Shown in pieces: positions 1 through 8,987 of a DNA stretch of 49,197 nucleotides. Both the position numbers and the translations under genes were made by a program. The stretch's first letter is position 1. Each line of letters opens with the position of its first letter. The notes below the pieces were generated by a model that saw only the letters and a list, made by a program, of their open reading frames with translations, made no database searches and was not told where the DNA came from. The stretch is from a virus (lineage: Duplodnaviria; Caudoviricetes), in the IMG/VR virus record IMGVR_UViG_3300021962_000170, positions 1 through 49,197 of that record. One strand, written 5' to 3'.

Positions 1-105
1 GCCGATAGAGATAGAGTAGTATATGTTTGCACTTTATCTAGATTTATTAAAGATGATATAACAAAAACCAATGTGTCATCAAGGATATGCTCAAAGGTAA
101 AGTGA
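1..105 (+). CDS. 3' end of a hypothetical protein (partial, runs in from the left edge)
   Basis: Frame 1 is open from base 1 to TGA at 103-105 (...VYVCTLSRFIKDDITKTNVSSRICSKVK*), 7 nt before the next ATG. Confidence 0.6.
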   Translation, partial: ADRDRVVYVCTLSRFIKDDITKTNVSSRICSKVK

Positions 106-112
106 GTTTGAT

Positions 113-523
113 ATGAAGAAATTATTATTGACTATAGCATTATTACTTAACGCTAATATAAGTTTTGCTGAAACGGCAAGTTCGTTAAACCTAGCTATAC
201 CAAACGCTCAACAAAGCTATCAATCGGACAGCTTTGATGCAGGAGAGTTAAGGTGTTCTAATGCTATAGGATCTGCTACGCAGTTAGAGTATGGTGTGAC
301 TGGGATTATTAATCAGGGGTCGAATTACGATCCAGATCAGTCTGCGCTTAGAGACGTTGGTGTGTATGCTAGAATAACCATACCACTAGGCAAAGTAGCA
401 AAGAATAGAATCGACTGTAATAGACTATACGAACTTGAGCTACAAAAGAAACAATTAGAATTGCAAAAGTTGCAGCAAGAACTAGATCAATTGCAAATGT
501 TACAGTTAGAAGAAATACCATGA
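113..523 (+). CDS. secreted hypothetical protein with C-terminal coiled coil
   Basis: N-terminal signal peptide (MKKLLLTIALLLNANISFA), two Cys, heptad-rich C-terminus. Confidence 0.75.
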   Translation: MKKLLLTIALLLNANISFAETASSLNLAIPNAQQSYQSDSFDAGELRCSNAIGSATQLEYGVTGIINQGSNYDPDQSALRDVGVYARITIPLGKVAKNRIDCNRLYELELQKKQLELQKLQQELDQLQMLQLEEIP

Positions 524-530
524 GGATAAA

Positions 531-1091
531 ATGGTTAAAGATCTTGGAGAAGAGCTTGAGAACCTCGAAGAGAGTGTAGAGAATCTTAAGAACAAAGAGT
601 TCCGTATATTCGGAATAAAGATGACTGCCATGACTATTAGCGCAGCAGCTGCTTTGGTAAGCTCTGTGATTGGTGCATTGTATGGCGCGTTTGTTGTTTA
701 TGCAGATTACATGAGTATGAAAGAAATCATACTGAATATTGACGTCGCAGCAATTGATGCTAAGAATCAACTTATTGAAACCAAACTAGATGAAGCTATA
801 GCATATACTAAAGACATTAAGACTAGCTTAAAAGATGATATAACTAGGCTGGAAACGACTGTTGATAGATCTGAGCAACGAGTTAAAGATGCTCAAGCAA
901 ATATCGAAAATGGTATTGAATCTATGACATCTGACAATAACCAGTTGCAGAAAGATGTTACAGAGTCTATCAGAGAAGTCGAATCCAATAACCGAACTGT
1001 TGAAAAAGATTTGAGAGCTGAGATGCGTCAGCTTGATATTGACTTGAACCAAAAACTACAAGAGGCACTAAACAACCCTCTATCAAAATAG
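531..1091 (+). CDS. membrane-anchored coiled-coil hypothetical protein
   Basis: GAGGA RBS, one TM segment then a long coiled coil. Confidence 0.75.
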   Translation: MVKDLGEELENLEESVENLKNKEFRIFGIKMTAMTISAAAALVSSVIGALYGAFVVYADYMSMKEIILNIDVAAIDAKNQLIETKLDEAIAYTKDIKTSLKDDITRLETTVDRSEQRVKDAQANIENGIESMTSDNNQLQKDVTESIREVESNNRTVEKDLRAEMRQLDIDLNQKLQEALNNPLSK

Positions 1092-1102
1092 TAAATGTTT
1101 TG

Positions 1103-1540
1103 ATGCGGACAATTGTGCTCTTTATACTTTTACTATTAACTTTTAGTACGCCATCTGTAGGTGCTACTAGACAGGACATCATATGTCTAGCCAAGAACAT
1201 ATACTTCGAAGCTAGCAACCAATCATATATTGGCCAGCAAGCTGTCGCATGGGTAACATTAAACAGAGTTCACAGCGGCGACTATCCAAACACTATCTGT
1301 GGTGTGGTTTTCCAGTACAAACAGTTTAGTTGGACGATTGATGGAAAGCACAGAAACCCTCGTAGCATTAAGAAATTTTCTGTGGCACTAGCTGCAGCAA
1401 TTAGTGTGTATAATAACTATGGGCGAGTACCAGATCCAACCAAAGGTGCTACGATGTATCATACAGTGTACATAGTGCCATATTGGCAGAACGATTACAA
1501 GCCCACAGTTATTATAGGCGATCACATATTCTTAAAGTAA
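1103..1540 (+). CDS. SleB-like cell wall hydrolase (Hydrolase_2)
   Basis: CLAKNIYFEA, AVAWVTLNRV, PNTICGVV, QFSW, DPTKGATMYH, IGDHIF motifs; signal peptide. Confidence 0.9.
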   Translation: MRTIVLFILLLLTFSTPSVGATRQDIICLAKNIYFEASNQSYIGQQAVAWVTLNRVHSGDYPNTICGVVFQYKQFSWTIDGKHRNPRSIKKFSVALAAAISVYNNYGRVPDPTKGATMYHTVYIVPYWQNDYKPTVIIGDHIFLK

Positions 1541-1816
1541 TTACTCGCTGTCTTTTTTCTTGCGAGATCCACCTTGGCCAGACAACATGATACCAGACAG
1601 CGTGCCTGTCAAGAATGTTGCAATTGGCTGAATTAACTCAAAGAACTTCATATCGTTAGGTGAGACAGACATTGGCTGTGTCACGTGAATAAGGGAATAT
1701 AGAACGGCAAAGATTGTTCCAGTAAGAGTGAATGCTAGGCAAACTCCTACAATGAAACGTAGCTTTGCATTAAGCTCTTCTACCATATCTCTTGGTTCAG
1801 TCGGTTGTTCGCTCAT
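1541..1816 (-). CDS. two-TM membrane protein (holin-like)
   Basis: Two hydrophobic helices, basic C-terminal tail; overlaps upstream minus-strand ORF by 4 nt. Confidence 0.65.
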   Translation of the reverse strand: MSEQPTEPRDMVEELNAKLRFIVGVCLAFTLTGTIFAVLYSLIHVTQPMSVSPNDMKFFELIQPIATFLTGTLSGIMLSGQGGSRKKKDSE

Positions 1817-2136
1817 GGGGTTCCTCCTTGGGTTTCAATATCAGTTAATATTTGGTCAATTGGTTCCTCAGCGACAGCCTCTGGCTGTGGCTCTGGATTC
1901 AAGATTTCAGGTGTTGTTTCCAACACTTGTGCTGCAGCTTCGCCGTCATACACTAGGTCCCTTGTGCATACCCCTGCAGCTTCACACATTGGTGGCTGGC
2001 AGATTGGGTTTTCCCAGTTAGCTGGGTCTTGGCACTCATAACGATAAGTGTCTTCAGAAGCGAAGACGAATACTATTCCAAGGAGTAGAGCGACAACAGG
2101 AAGATACAGGTACATTTTTAAAACGATCTGTTTCAT
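1813..2136 (-). CDS. membrane/secreted hypothetical protein with Cys-rich motif
   Basis: N-terminal TM, YRYECQDPANWENPICQPPMCEAAGVC motif; minus-strand late promoter upstream. Confidence 0.7.
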   Translation of the reverse strand: MKQIVLKMYLYLPVVALLLGIVFVFASEDTYRYECQDPANWENPICQPPMCEAAGVCTRDLVYDGEAAAQVLETTPEILNPEPQPEAVAEEPIDQILTDIETQGGTP

Positions 2137-2180
2137 ACATTACCTACTTTCTGTTAAGGATGCAAACAACGTTTGCGCGG

Positions 2181-2188
2181 TATTTATA
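2181..2188 (-). promoter_or_regulatory. T4-type late promoter TATAAATA
   Basis: tatttata on + strand, 45 nt upstream of the 2136 start. Confidence 0.6.
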
Positions 2189-2223
2189 AGTGCTCCATTA
2201 TTGGAGCATGCTACACGTAGCTG

Positions 2224-2252
2224 TTGACTTTGGCGCCAGGGTAAGCTATAAG
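2224..2252 (+). promoter_or_regulatory. sigma70-like early promoter
   Basis: ctgTTGACT-N17-TATAAG; same motif recurs about 10 times in the window. Confidence 0.65.
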
Positions 2253-2285
2253 TAAATATACCTGAAACAACTAACGGAAAGATTA

Positions 2286-2837
2286 ATGAAACTTAGCACA
2301 AAGATCGGCCTGTTCGGCAGTATTGCTGCACTCGCCTCAATGGTCGCTATAGGAGTAGATTCCGCAACTGCAAGAAGCAACTTCGACCAAATCGTTATTA
2401 ACAACACTGAAGTTGATAGACTACAATACATTGAACTTAGTAAACAAATTAACTGCCTTGCTGAAAACATCTATTTTGAAGCAAGAGGAGAGTCGAACCT
2501 TGGCCAAATGGCTGTAGCGTGGGTTACTCTCAACCGCGTACAAGATCCCAATTTTCCTGACACCATTTGTGATGTGGTGTGGGAAGATGGTCAATTCTCT
2601 TGGACCAATGATGGCAAGAGTGATAAACCAAGTGATCCAATTGCCTGGATGGATGCGCAAACAACTGCATGGCTGGTATACAATACTCAAGACAAGCAGT
2701 TTGACCCTACTGATGGAGCTACAATGTTCCATGCTAACTACGTCAAACCAAAATGGCGTAAAGACTATGATCAAACCAGCAGGATTGATAACCATGTGTT
2801 TTATAAAAACTTCATAAAACCTTCATCAAACCTGTAA
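2286..2837 (+). CDS. second SleB-like cell wall hydrolase (Hydrolase_2)
   Basis: CLAENIYFEARGE, AVAWVTLNRV, FPDTICDVV, QFSW, DPTDGATMFH, IDNHVFY. Confidence 0.9.
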   Translation: MKLSTKIGLFGSIAALASMVAIGVDSATARSNFDQIVINNTEVDRLQYIELSKQINCLAENIYFEARGESNLGQMAVAWVTLNRVQDPNFPDTICDVVWEDGQFSWTNDGKSDKPSDPIAWMDAQTTAWLVYNTQDKQFDPTDGATMFHANYVKPKWRKDYDQTSRIDNHVFYKNFIKPSSNL

Positions 2838-2848
2838 CGATTTTTCAT
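2809..2848 (+). promoter_or_regulatory. Pho-box-like tandem repeats upstream of pstS
   Basis: TTCAT at 2811, 2822, 2844 and CTGTAAC at 2832, roughly 11-bp periodicity. Confidence 0.45.
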
Positions 2849-2908
2849 ATTTCTATAGCTAAATATTTTTGAAGCAATGGGGCTTCTTGTATAATCAAGG
2901 AAAATTTA

Positions 2909-3862
2909 ATGAAACTTACACTAGCCGTTCTTACGACTATCGCTCTCGCTATGCCTGCTTTCGCGCGTGACAATGTTCACGTTGCAGGTTCCTCTACTGT
3001 ACTACCATATGCCACAATTGTCGCCGAAGGTTTTGGCGAGAATTACTCATTCCAAACACCTGTAGTTGAAGGTGGTGGATCTGGAGCTGGCCGCAAGAAG
3101 CTCTGTGAAGGAGTTGGCGAAGGCACTATTGACATTGCCAATTCATCTTCAAAGATGAAAGACTCTGAATATGAGGATTGTGCTGCCAATGGCGTCACAG
3201 ATGTAAAAGAAGTTCGATTCGGCTATGACGGCATCGTGTTTGCATCAGACATTAATGGTCCAGCGTTCAATCTAACTGCAAAAGACATCTATCTTGCTTT
3301 GACTGCATCGTCAACTGCAACTAAGTGGAGCGATGTTAATGCTAGCCTTCCAGACCAAGATATCTTGGTTATGATTCCAGGAACCAAGCACGGCACGCGT
3401 GAAGTGTTTGATGTCAAGGTTCTCGAGGAAGGTTGCAAGCAAGTTCTCGGTGTTGAGAAGCTAGATGACGATCAAAAGAAAGCGTGTATCGAAGTACGTA
3501 CAGATGGTAAAGCTGTAGACGTTGATGGTGACTATACAGAAACACTAGCACGTTTGGCTGCAAACAACACAGCCGTTGGTGTGTTTGGTCTTTCATTCTA
3601 CGAAAACAACATGGACAAGCTACAAGTAGCTACAATTGATGGTATCGTTCCATCTGTAGAAACAATCTCAGCTGGTGACTATCCTATCAGCCGTCCGCTG
3701 TATTTCTACGTAAAGATGCAACATCTTGATATTATTCCTGGTTTGAAAGAGTATGTTCAGTTCTTCTTGTCAGACCAAATGTCTGGTCCAGAAGGCGCGC
3801 TTGTGGACTACGGACTTGTTCCAGATCCAGAGCTAGCTGCTACTCAGGCTGAGTGGAAGTAA
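2909..3862 (+). CDS. pstS: phosphate ABC transporter substrate-binding protein PstS
   Basis: Signal peptide; AGSSTV, GGGSGAG, DIANSS, GYDGIV, HGTREVF, YPISRPLYFY motifs. Confidence 0.93.
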   Translation: MKLTLAVLTTIALAMPAFARDNVHVAGSSTVLPYATIVAEGFGENYSFQTPVVEGGGSGAGRKKLCEGVGEGTIDIANSSSKMKDSEYEDCAANGVTDVKEVRFGYDGIVFASDINGPAFNLTAKDIYLALTASSTATKWSDVNASLPDQDILVMIPGTKHGTREVFDVKVLEEGCKQVLGVEKLDDDQKKACIEVRTDGKAVDVDGDYTETLARLAANNTAVGVFGLSFYENNMDKLQVATIDGIVPSVETISAGDYPISRPLYFYVKMQHLDIIPGLKEYVQFFLSDQMSGPEGALVDYGLVPDPELAATQAEWK

Positions 3863-3887
3863 CCACGTAAAATACACACCTAAATAG

Positions 3888-3918
3888 AAAAGGAGAGGGG
3901 GAGACCTTTCTCCTTTTT
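3888..3918 (+). terminator. intrinsic terminator after pstS
   Basis: aaaaggagaggg...cctttctccttttt hairpin with U-tract. Confidence 0.7.
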
Positions 3919-3941
3919 GCATTAACAATTGGATATGATCT

Positions 3942-5834
3942 ATGAACAATGATATGGTGGTTCTGCAAAACCTTGCGCCAAAAATTGTAAACAAACCGGC
4001 ACGTAATTTTATCGAGCCTGTAACAATAGAATACAGCGCAACAAGAAAAACAAAAATTACCTTTGCTCTATTTGGATCTTGGTCAATCCAAATGCCGCCA
4101 TATGGGTTGGCAAGGTTGGTGGCACTAACAAGAGCATCAGGATACAGTACTCAAGTTTATGATTTCAACGTTCAATCGTACTACGATCTAAAAGCGGAAG
4201 ATCCAGAGCTTGCAGGTGCATATGAGGTCGCCAACTATTGGTGGTGGGAAGAACCATACTACTCACAAAAGATCTTTCCTGTGTATCAACACTTGTTGAA
4301 AGAATATGTTGACACGATCCTTGAAGGTGAACCCGACATTGTTGGGCTTAGTGTTTACTACACAAACATTCTTTCAACCACTTGGGTAGTCAACGAGATC
4401 AAAAGAAGACGCCCACAAACGACAATTATATTTGGTGGGCCGCAGTGTAATGAGGGTCACTTTGAAAAGCCGGATAACGTCGATTACTATTTTATGGGTG
4501 AGAGCGAACAGACCATATTAGACTTTCTGAACAATTGGGAGAATGGTATAAAGCCAGATGCTCCAAAAATTGGTGCGTTGTTTGGTAAAGTTCGTGTGGA
4601 CATTGATAGTTTACCGCTTCCTGATTACTCTAGCTTTAGTCTATACAAATACACACTACCTAACTCTATCTGTACCGAGCTCAGCAGAGGATGTGTTGCA
4701 AGATGCACATACTGCAGCGAGGTGTGGTATTGGAAGTTTAGAGATAGAGATGCAATAGCTATTGTTGATGAATTGGAATACCAAGTAAAGAAATACAACT
4801 TGAATTTTGTGTTCTTTGTTGATAGTTTGGTCAATGGTAACGTCAATGGATTAAAGAGGTTCTGCGAAGAATTAATTAACAGAAACTTAAATATTCATTG
4901 GTGGGCATATGCTCGTATCGATGGCAGAATGGACTTAGAGTTCTACAGATTGATGAAAAGATCTGGCTGCATTGGTCTTAACTACGGTGTTGAATCTGGT
5001 AGTGATAAAGTTCTTATGGCAATCAACAAAAAGAACACTGTTGTTGAAATTAATCAGAATCTGATTGATAGTCAAATTGCTGGTATGAATGCAACCGTCT
5101 GTTGGGTGATTGGTGCGCCTGGCGAGGACATCGAAGCTATGAACCACAGTTTCAATTGTCTATGGAATCATAGAACGCGTATCTTTGCGATTAGCCCTGG
5201 CCCTGGTCTTGGTGACAATATTGGATCTGCATATGATGACAGAAAAAAATACAATATGAACGAACGAGACAAATACTGGCTTAAGGGTTGGTATACGTTA
5301 GATTTTACAAACACCAGATTGCACAGATACATTAGAATTAAGCTAATGCACATTTGGTTAGACTTGTGCAACACGTTTGATGGGTCTATAATAAACTCGC
5401 ACACTGTGGGGGACATAAAAGAACACTACACTGTTAAATTTAGTGACAATATTCCCCGTGAAGATGTTCAGTATGAGAATTTTGATTACAACATCATTGA
5501 ATCTGGTTTTGGTGTGTTTGCTGATACATCAATGAATGAAGTGTTTAGCTTTTTACGAATGTTGTGGAGAGCCAAAGGCGCGTATGAGATCAATATTAAG
5601 TTTAATCCAGATCTTGATTATAAGTCTTTCGCATTTTGTATTGATCCACCGTTTCAGACATATGTTGCAGATATCAACTTCAAGATTGATGAGCATGGCA
5701 ACTACACTGTCAACAACACGTACAGTTTTGAGAACCTTGACAGACTGTCTTTCATTGGCGATAAAGACTACAAGTACACATACTCAGCATCTGGCACATG
5801 GTATGACCCAAAAGGCACAGTTGAAAAAGTTTGA
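3942..5834 (+). CDS. B12-binding domain radical SAM enzyme (class B methyltransferase-like)
   Basis: PPYGLARL, PDIVGLS, IIFGGP cobalamin-binding motifs; SRGCVARCTYC; FVDS; GVESGS. Confidence 0.9.
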   Translation: MNNDMVVLQNLAPKIVNKPARNFIEPVTIEYSATRKTKITFALFGSWSIQMPPYGLARLVALTRASGYSTQVYDFNVQSYYDLKAEDPELAGAYEVANYWWWEEPYYSQKIFPVYQHLLKEYVDTILEGEPDIVGLSVYYTNILSTTWVVNEIKRRRPQTTIIFGGPQCNEGHFEKPDNVDYYFMGESEQTILDFLNNWENGIKPDAPKIGALFGKVRVDIDSLPLPDYSSFSLYKYTLPNSICTELSRGCVARCTYCSEVWYWKFRDRDAIAIVDELEYQVKKYNLNFVFFVDSLVNGNVNGLKRFCEELINRNLNIHWWAYARIDGRMDLEFYRLMKRSGCIGLNYGVESGSDKVLMAINKKNTVVEINQNLIDSQIAGMNATVCWVIGAPGEDIEAMNHSFNCLWNHRTRIFAISPGPGLGDNIGSAYDDRKKYNMNERDKYWLKGWYTLDFTNTRLHRYIRIKLMHIWLDLCNTFDGSIINSHTVGDIKEHYTVKFSDNIPREDVQYENFDYNIIESGFGVFADTSMNEVFSFLRMLWRAKGAYEINIKFNPDLDYKSFAFCIDPPFQTYVADINFKIDEHGNYTVNNTYSFENLDRLSFIGDKDYKYTYSASGTWYDPKGTVEKV

Positions 5835-5842
5835 AATAGCTG

Positions 5843-5871
5843 TTGACCTAAATGGCTATTTCGTATACTAT
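5843..5871 (+). promoter_or_regulatory. sigma70-like promoter for tmRNA
   Basis: ctgTTGACC-N17-TACTAT. Confidence 0.6.
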
Positions 5872-5877
5872 ATAAAT

Positions 5878-6200
5878 TGTAGACGTTGAAGCAACGTGGA
5901 CACATTCTGGACTCGGGGGCGGTACCCGACGACTCCACCACAGATACCGGTTAGTTATGGAACCCTTGGATGTATGAAGTGTTGCTATCATATGGCGAGA
6001 TAAGTTTATGTAACCGAGAAGATCGGTATCTTTGCTGGGGTCGAAATAGGATCGACAGGTGTGAAGATGACGTGGAGTTTACCGGATGGCCTCGTATCGG
6101 CCGCTAAACTAAATGCAAACGATAATTTTGCTCCTCAGGCTTACGCACTAGCTGCATAAGTACTTGGGTACGGCTCCACCTAGAAACAGAACGGGCCACT
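5878..6200 (+). ncRNA. ssrA: two-piece (circularly permuted) tmRNA; tag ANDNFAPQAYALAA*
   Basis: Acceptor piece ends CGACTCCACCA at 5940; coding piece starts GGGGTCG at 6037 (G3.U70 Ala identity) with AATAGGATCGAC; tag reading frame 6115-6159; outer ends approximate. Confidence 0.92.
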
Positions 6201-6230
6201 AAACGCGTTTAACAAATATAGGACTACCAA

Positions 6231-6626
6231 ATGAAAACCTTTCTTATGACCGCTGCTGCTGTTCTTGCTCTTTCTGCTAGCTCAGCTTTTGCTCTTGATT
6301 TCGGCACCACTGGTGTTGCTTTGAACACCGAAGTGACCAGCGAATACAACATCGACACTGAGCTGTTCACTGTTGTGACTACTCCAGAACTTGCTTACTC
6401 TCCAGTCGAGGGTCTTGGCTTGTATGTCAACACCGATCTAACCATCTATGATGGCTCTGATCTTATGGTGTTTGATGAGTCTGCTTTCACTGGTGTGACT
6501 GTTGGTGCTACTTACGTTCCAAACGTCAACCTTGGCAGCGCTTCTGTTGAGCTTTACCTCGAGACCAGCTTTGATGCTGATTTCAACCGCGAAGATGCAC
6601 TCGTTGGTGCTACGCTTAGCTTCTAA
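6231..6626 (+). CDS. small outer-membrane beta-barrel (porin-like) protein
   Basis: Signal peptide ending AFA, alternating amphipathic strands, C-terminal Phe (VGATLSF). Confidence 0.7.
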   Translation: MKTFLMTAAAVLALSASSAFALDFGTTGVALNTEVTSEYNIDTELFTVVTTPELAYSPVEGLGLYVNTDLTIYDGSDLMVFDESAFTGVTVGATYVPNVNLGSASVELYLETSFDADFNREDALVGATLSF

Positions 6627-6663
6627 GGCTATATACTAACGTGTGGTTACGTAATAAACCCGT

Positions 6664-6691
6664 GCCGCGCCATGGTTAGCGCGGCTTTTTT
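6664..6691 (+). terminator. intrinsic terminator
   Basis: gccgcgc-catggtta-gcgcggc followed by a T-run. Confidence 0.8.
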
Positions 6692-6704
6692 ATATGAGGT
6701 AGGC

Positions 6705-7937
6705 ATGCTTAGTTATCCCCCACCACCCAACGATAATCAATACTTGTATGATTTAAATATTGAGTTTGACAAGGATTGGTGTTTACGTTATTATGATCAT
6801 GTAAAAGACACAGAAGAATCATACATAGACGAACGCCCCAATAGTTTAGATCATAATTGGAAGATCGCCCGCATTTCTGAATTTAGCTATGCTGATGACA
6901 TTATGGAACAGCTTGGTTTATTAGATATTGTAAAAGATTATCGAGTACGATTTTATAAGTTGAAGGCCAATGCAATCCTTGGCCCACATATTGATTTAAA
7001 TACTCAGTGCTCATTGAACTTTGTATTGTCAGAGTCTGCAGCACCAGTAACATTTGATCTCGATAAGCACTTCACATACAAGTACGCATTGTTTAACACT
7101 TCTCGTCGACATGGAGTAGTTAATGGTCCAGAAGATCGACTTTTGTTCAAGATATCGATAATGGATCGATCGTTTGAAGAAATTAAGAAGATCATTAGTG
7201 CTAAATTCCCAGTTTCGTTTTACACTGTTCTCAATTCAGATCCACAATACGAACTACTTCGTACAAAGCGTGCATCTCGTCCTAAGATTGATGCTGATGC
7301 TTATAACAAGATACACACTAAGAACTTAATACCACTTCCAATAACTATTGATTGCGATTTATTTGAAACGGAAATTCAACAGTTTCAAGATAGATTTGAA
7401 CAGTTTGGAATAACACACACCGAGATTGAACGATACTCGCTTGGTTTAACTAAATCTGATCCTGACTTTGACTGTAAGCCGACTCCAATTAACTGGCCAA
7501 TGGATATCTGGTCTCTTAATCATCCAGAAGCCCCATTAGACGATATTGACTTTCATATTCCAACTGATGCAATGACTTCAATGCAATCAATGAGACCTTT
7601 CACAGATATATTTGAACAGCATTTAGCTAGATGTTGTATACTAAAATGGAACAATGGAGCACACTTTAAACCTCATTTAGATGTTGGTATCCCTTGCGCA
7701 AACCTACGATTGTGGGGGACCAATGACCCTGCCAACAACCACTTTTGCTTCTGGAATAGAGAAACACAGCAGTATGAGGAGGAAGTTGGAATTGAAAGAG
7801 GTAGGTTATATCTAGCTGACACATCAAAATATCATCACGCGTATGCGACTGCTGACAGCGTATACACATTCTTCTTTGCATTACAGGTAACATCTTATGA
7901 TACAATTGCCAGGTTTGTACGACCTCAAACAAGTTGA
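6705..7937 (+). CDS. tandem two-domain 2OG-Fe(II)/AspH-like oxygenase
   Basis: Two HxD...H sets (GPHID...RHGVVN; KPHLD...YHHAYA); ATG 6705 after GAGGT RBS. Confidence 0.7.
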   Translation: MLSYPPPPNDNQYLYDLNIEFDKDWCLRYYDHVKDTEESYIDERPNSLDHNWKIARISEFSYADDIMEQLGLLDIVKDYRVRFYKLKANAILGPHIDLNTQCSLNFVLSESAAPVTFDLDKHFTYKYALFNTSRRHGVVNGPEDRLLFKISIMDRSFEEIKKIISAKFPVSFYTVLNSDPQYELLRTKRASRPKIDADAYNKIHTKNLIPLPITIDCDLFETEIQQFQDRFEQFGITHTEIERYSLGLTKSDPDFDCKPTPINWPMDIWSLNHPEAPLDDIDFHIPTDAMTSMQSMRPFTDIFEQHLARCCILKWNNGAHFKPHLDVGIPCANLRLWGTNDPANNHFCFWNRETQQYEEEVGIERGRLYLADTSKYHHAYATADSVYTFFFALQVTSYDTIARFVRPQTS

Positions 7938-8370
7938 CATTGAAATAAAATACTTGGTTGAAAAACACGGTTGGTGGGAAGACTCTCAAATAAGTTTACA
8001 ATCACCTGACGGAGACTTCCATAGCGGTATTGGAAAGATTGAATGGTCCAAGTATACGGAGTTGGATTTCACACATTTAAATATTCCAGATTGGTGGGAA
8101 ATTAGCAGATTCATTACAGAGAACAATCTATACAGGACTCGTATTATGAAGCTAAATCCTAAAACATGCTACTCATATCATACAGATAGAACACCCCGTA
8201 CGCATCTAGCTGTTCACACTCATCCAGATTGCTACTTTATGTTGAATAAGAATGTATTTCACGTTCCAAGTAATGGACATGCTTACCAAATTGATACAAC
8301 CAAATATCACACAGCTTTTAATGCAACATTAGATTTTGAACGTATTCATATTGTGGGCTGTGTAAAATGA
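7897..8370 (+). CDS. aspartyl/asparaginyl beta-hydroxylase-like oxygenase
   Basis: RTRIMKL, YSYHTD, DTTKYHTAFN, RIHIV. Confidence 0.8.
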   Translation: MIQLPGLYDLKQVDIEIKYLVEKHGWWEDSQISLQSPDGDFHSGIGKIEWSKYTELDFTHLNIPDWWEISRFITENNLYRTRIMKLNPKTCYSYHTDRTPRTHLAVHTHPDCYFMLNKNVFHVPSNGHAYQIDTTKYHTAFNATLDFERIHIVGCVK

Positions 8371-8987
8371 CTTTGGTATATGGATACTTGTTCTATTACG
8401 TTGCAGCAATGATAGGAATATCCGCAGGCTATCATCGATACTTTTCCCACCGAACTTTTAAGACGAGCAATATCGTTGAAGTTATCATGTTGTTGTTTGG
8501 CATGATCTGTGGTGCAAGAAGTCCTATTACATGGTGTGCGGTGCATCGAATGCACCATAGTACTAGCGACACTGAGCATGACCCCCACAGTCCTGTGTAC
8601 AAGGGTGCAAAGGCCGTCATACTTAGTCAATGGCGTGTGAATTACATACCTCGTAAGTATATTAAGGATCTTCTGTCCAATCCTCGTGTAGTGTTCTTTC
8701 ACCGATATGGAAAATACATTCATGCATATTATGCCATTGCAATGCTAATGATCAGTATCAAGGTGTTTGTTATCTTTGTCGCTATTCCGTTTGTGTTGGC
8801 ATATGTGGGCTTTGGGTTGTTGAATTACATTGCTCATAAGAATGGTAAGCCCACAGACATTCCGTTAATGAATGTTTTAGCGCCTGGTGAGGGGTGGCAT
8901 AAATATCACCATGAACATCCCAGCGCCAGTAGTTTGAATGCTTGGGATCCAACTGGAATCGTTATAAAATGCTTGAGCAAATTTTAA
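8367..8987 (+). CDS. membrane fatty acid desaturase (delta-9 type)
   Basis: His boxes HRYFSH, HRMHH, HKYHH (GEGWH); TM helices. Confidence 0.9.
   Translation: MTLVYGYLFYYVAAMIGISAGYHRYFSHRTFKTSNIVEVIMLLFGMICGARSPITWCAVHRMHHSTSDTEHDPHSPVYKGAKAVILSQWRVNYIPRKYIKDLLSNPRVVFFHRYGKYIHAYYAIAMLMISIKVFVIFVAIPFVLAYVGFGLLNYIAHKNGKPTDIPLMNVLAPGEGWHKYHHEHPSASSLNAWDPTGIVIKCLSKF

Noticed and set aside
6672-6704. ORF-track start for the 421-aa oxygenase
   Set aside because: That ATG lies in the terminator loop; ATG 6705 has a GAGGT RBS.
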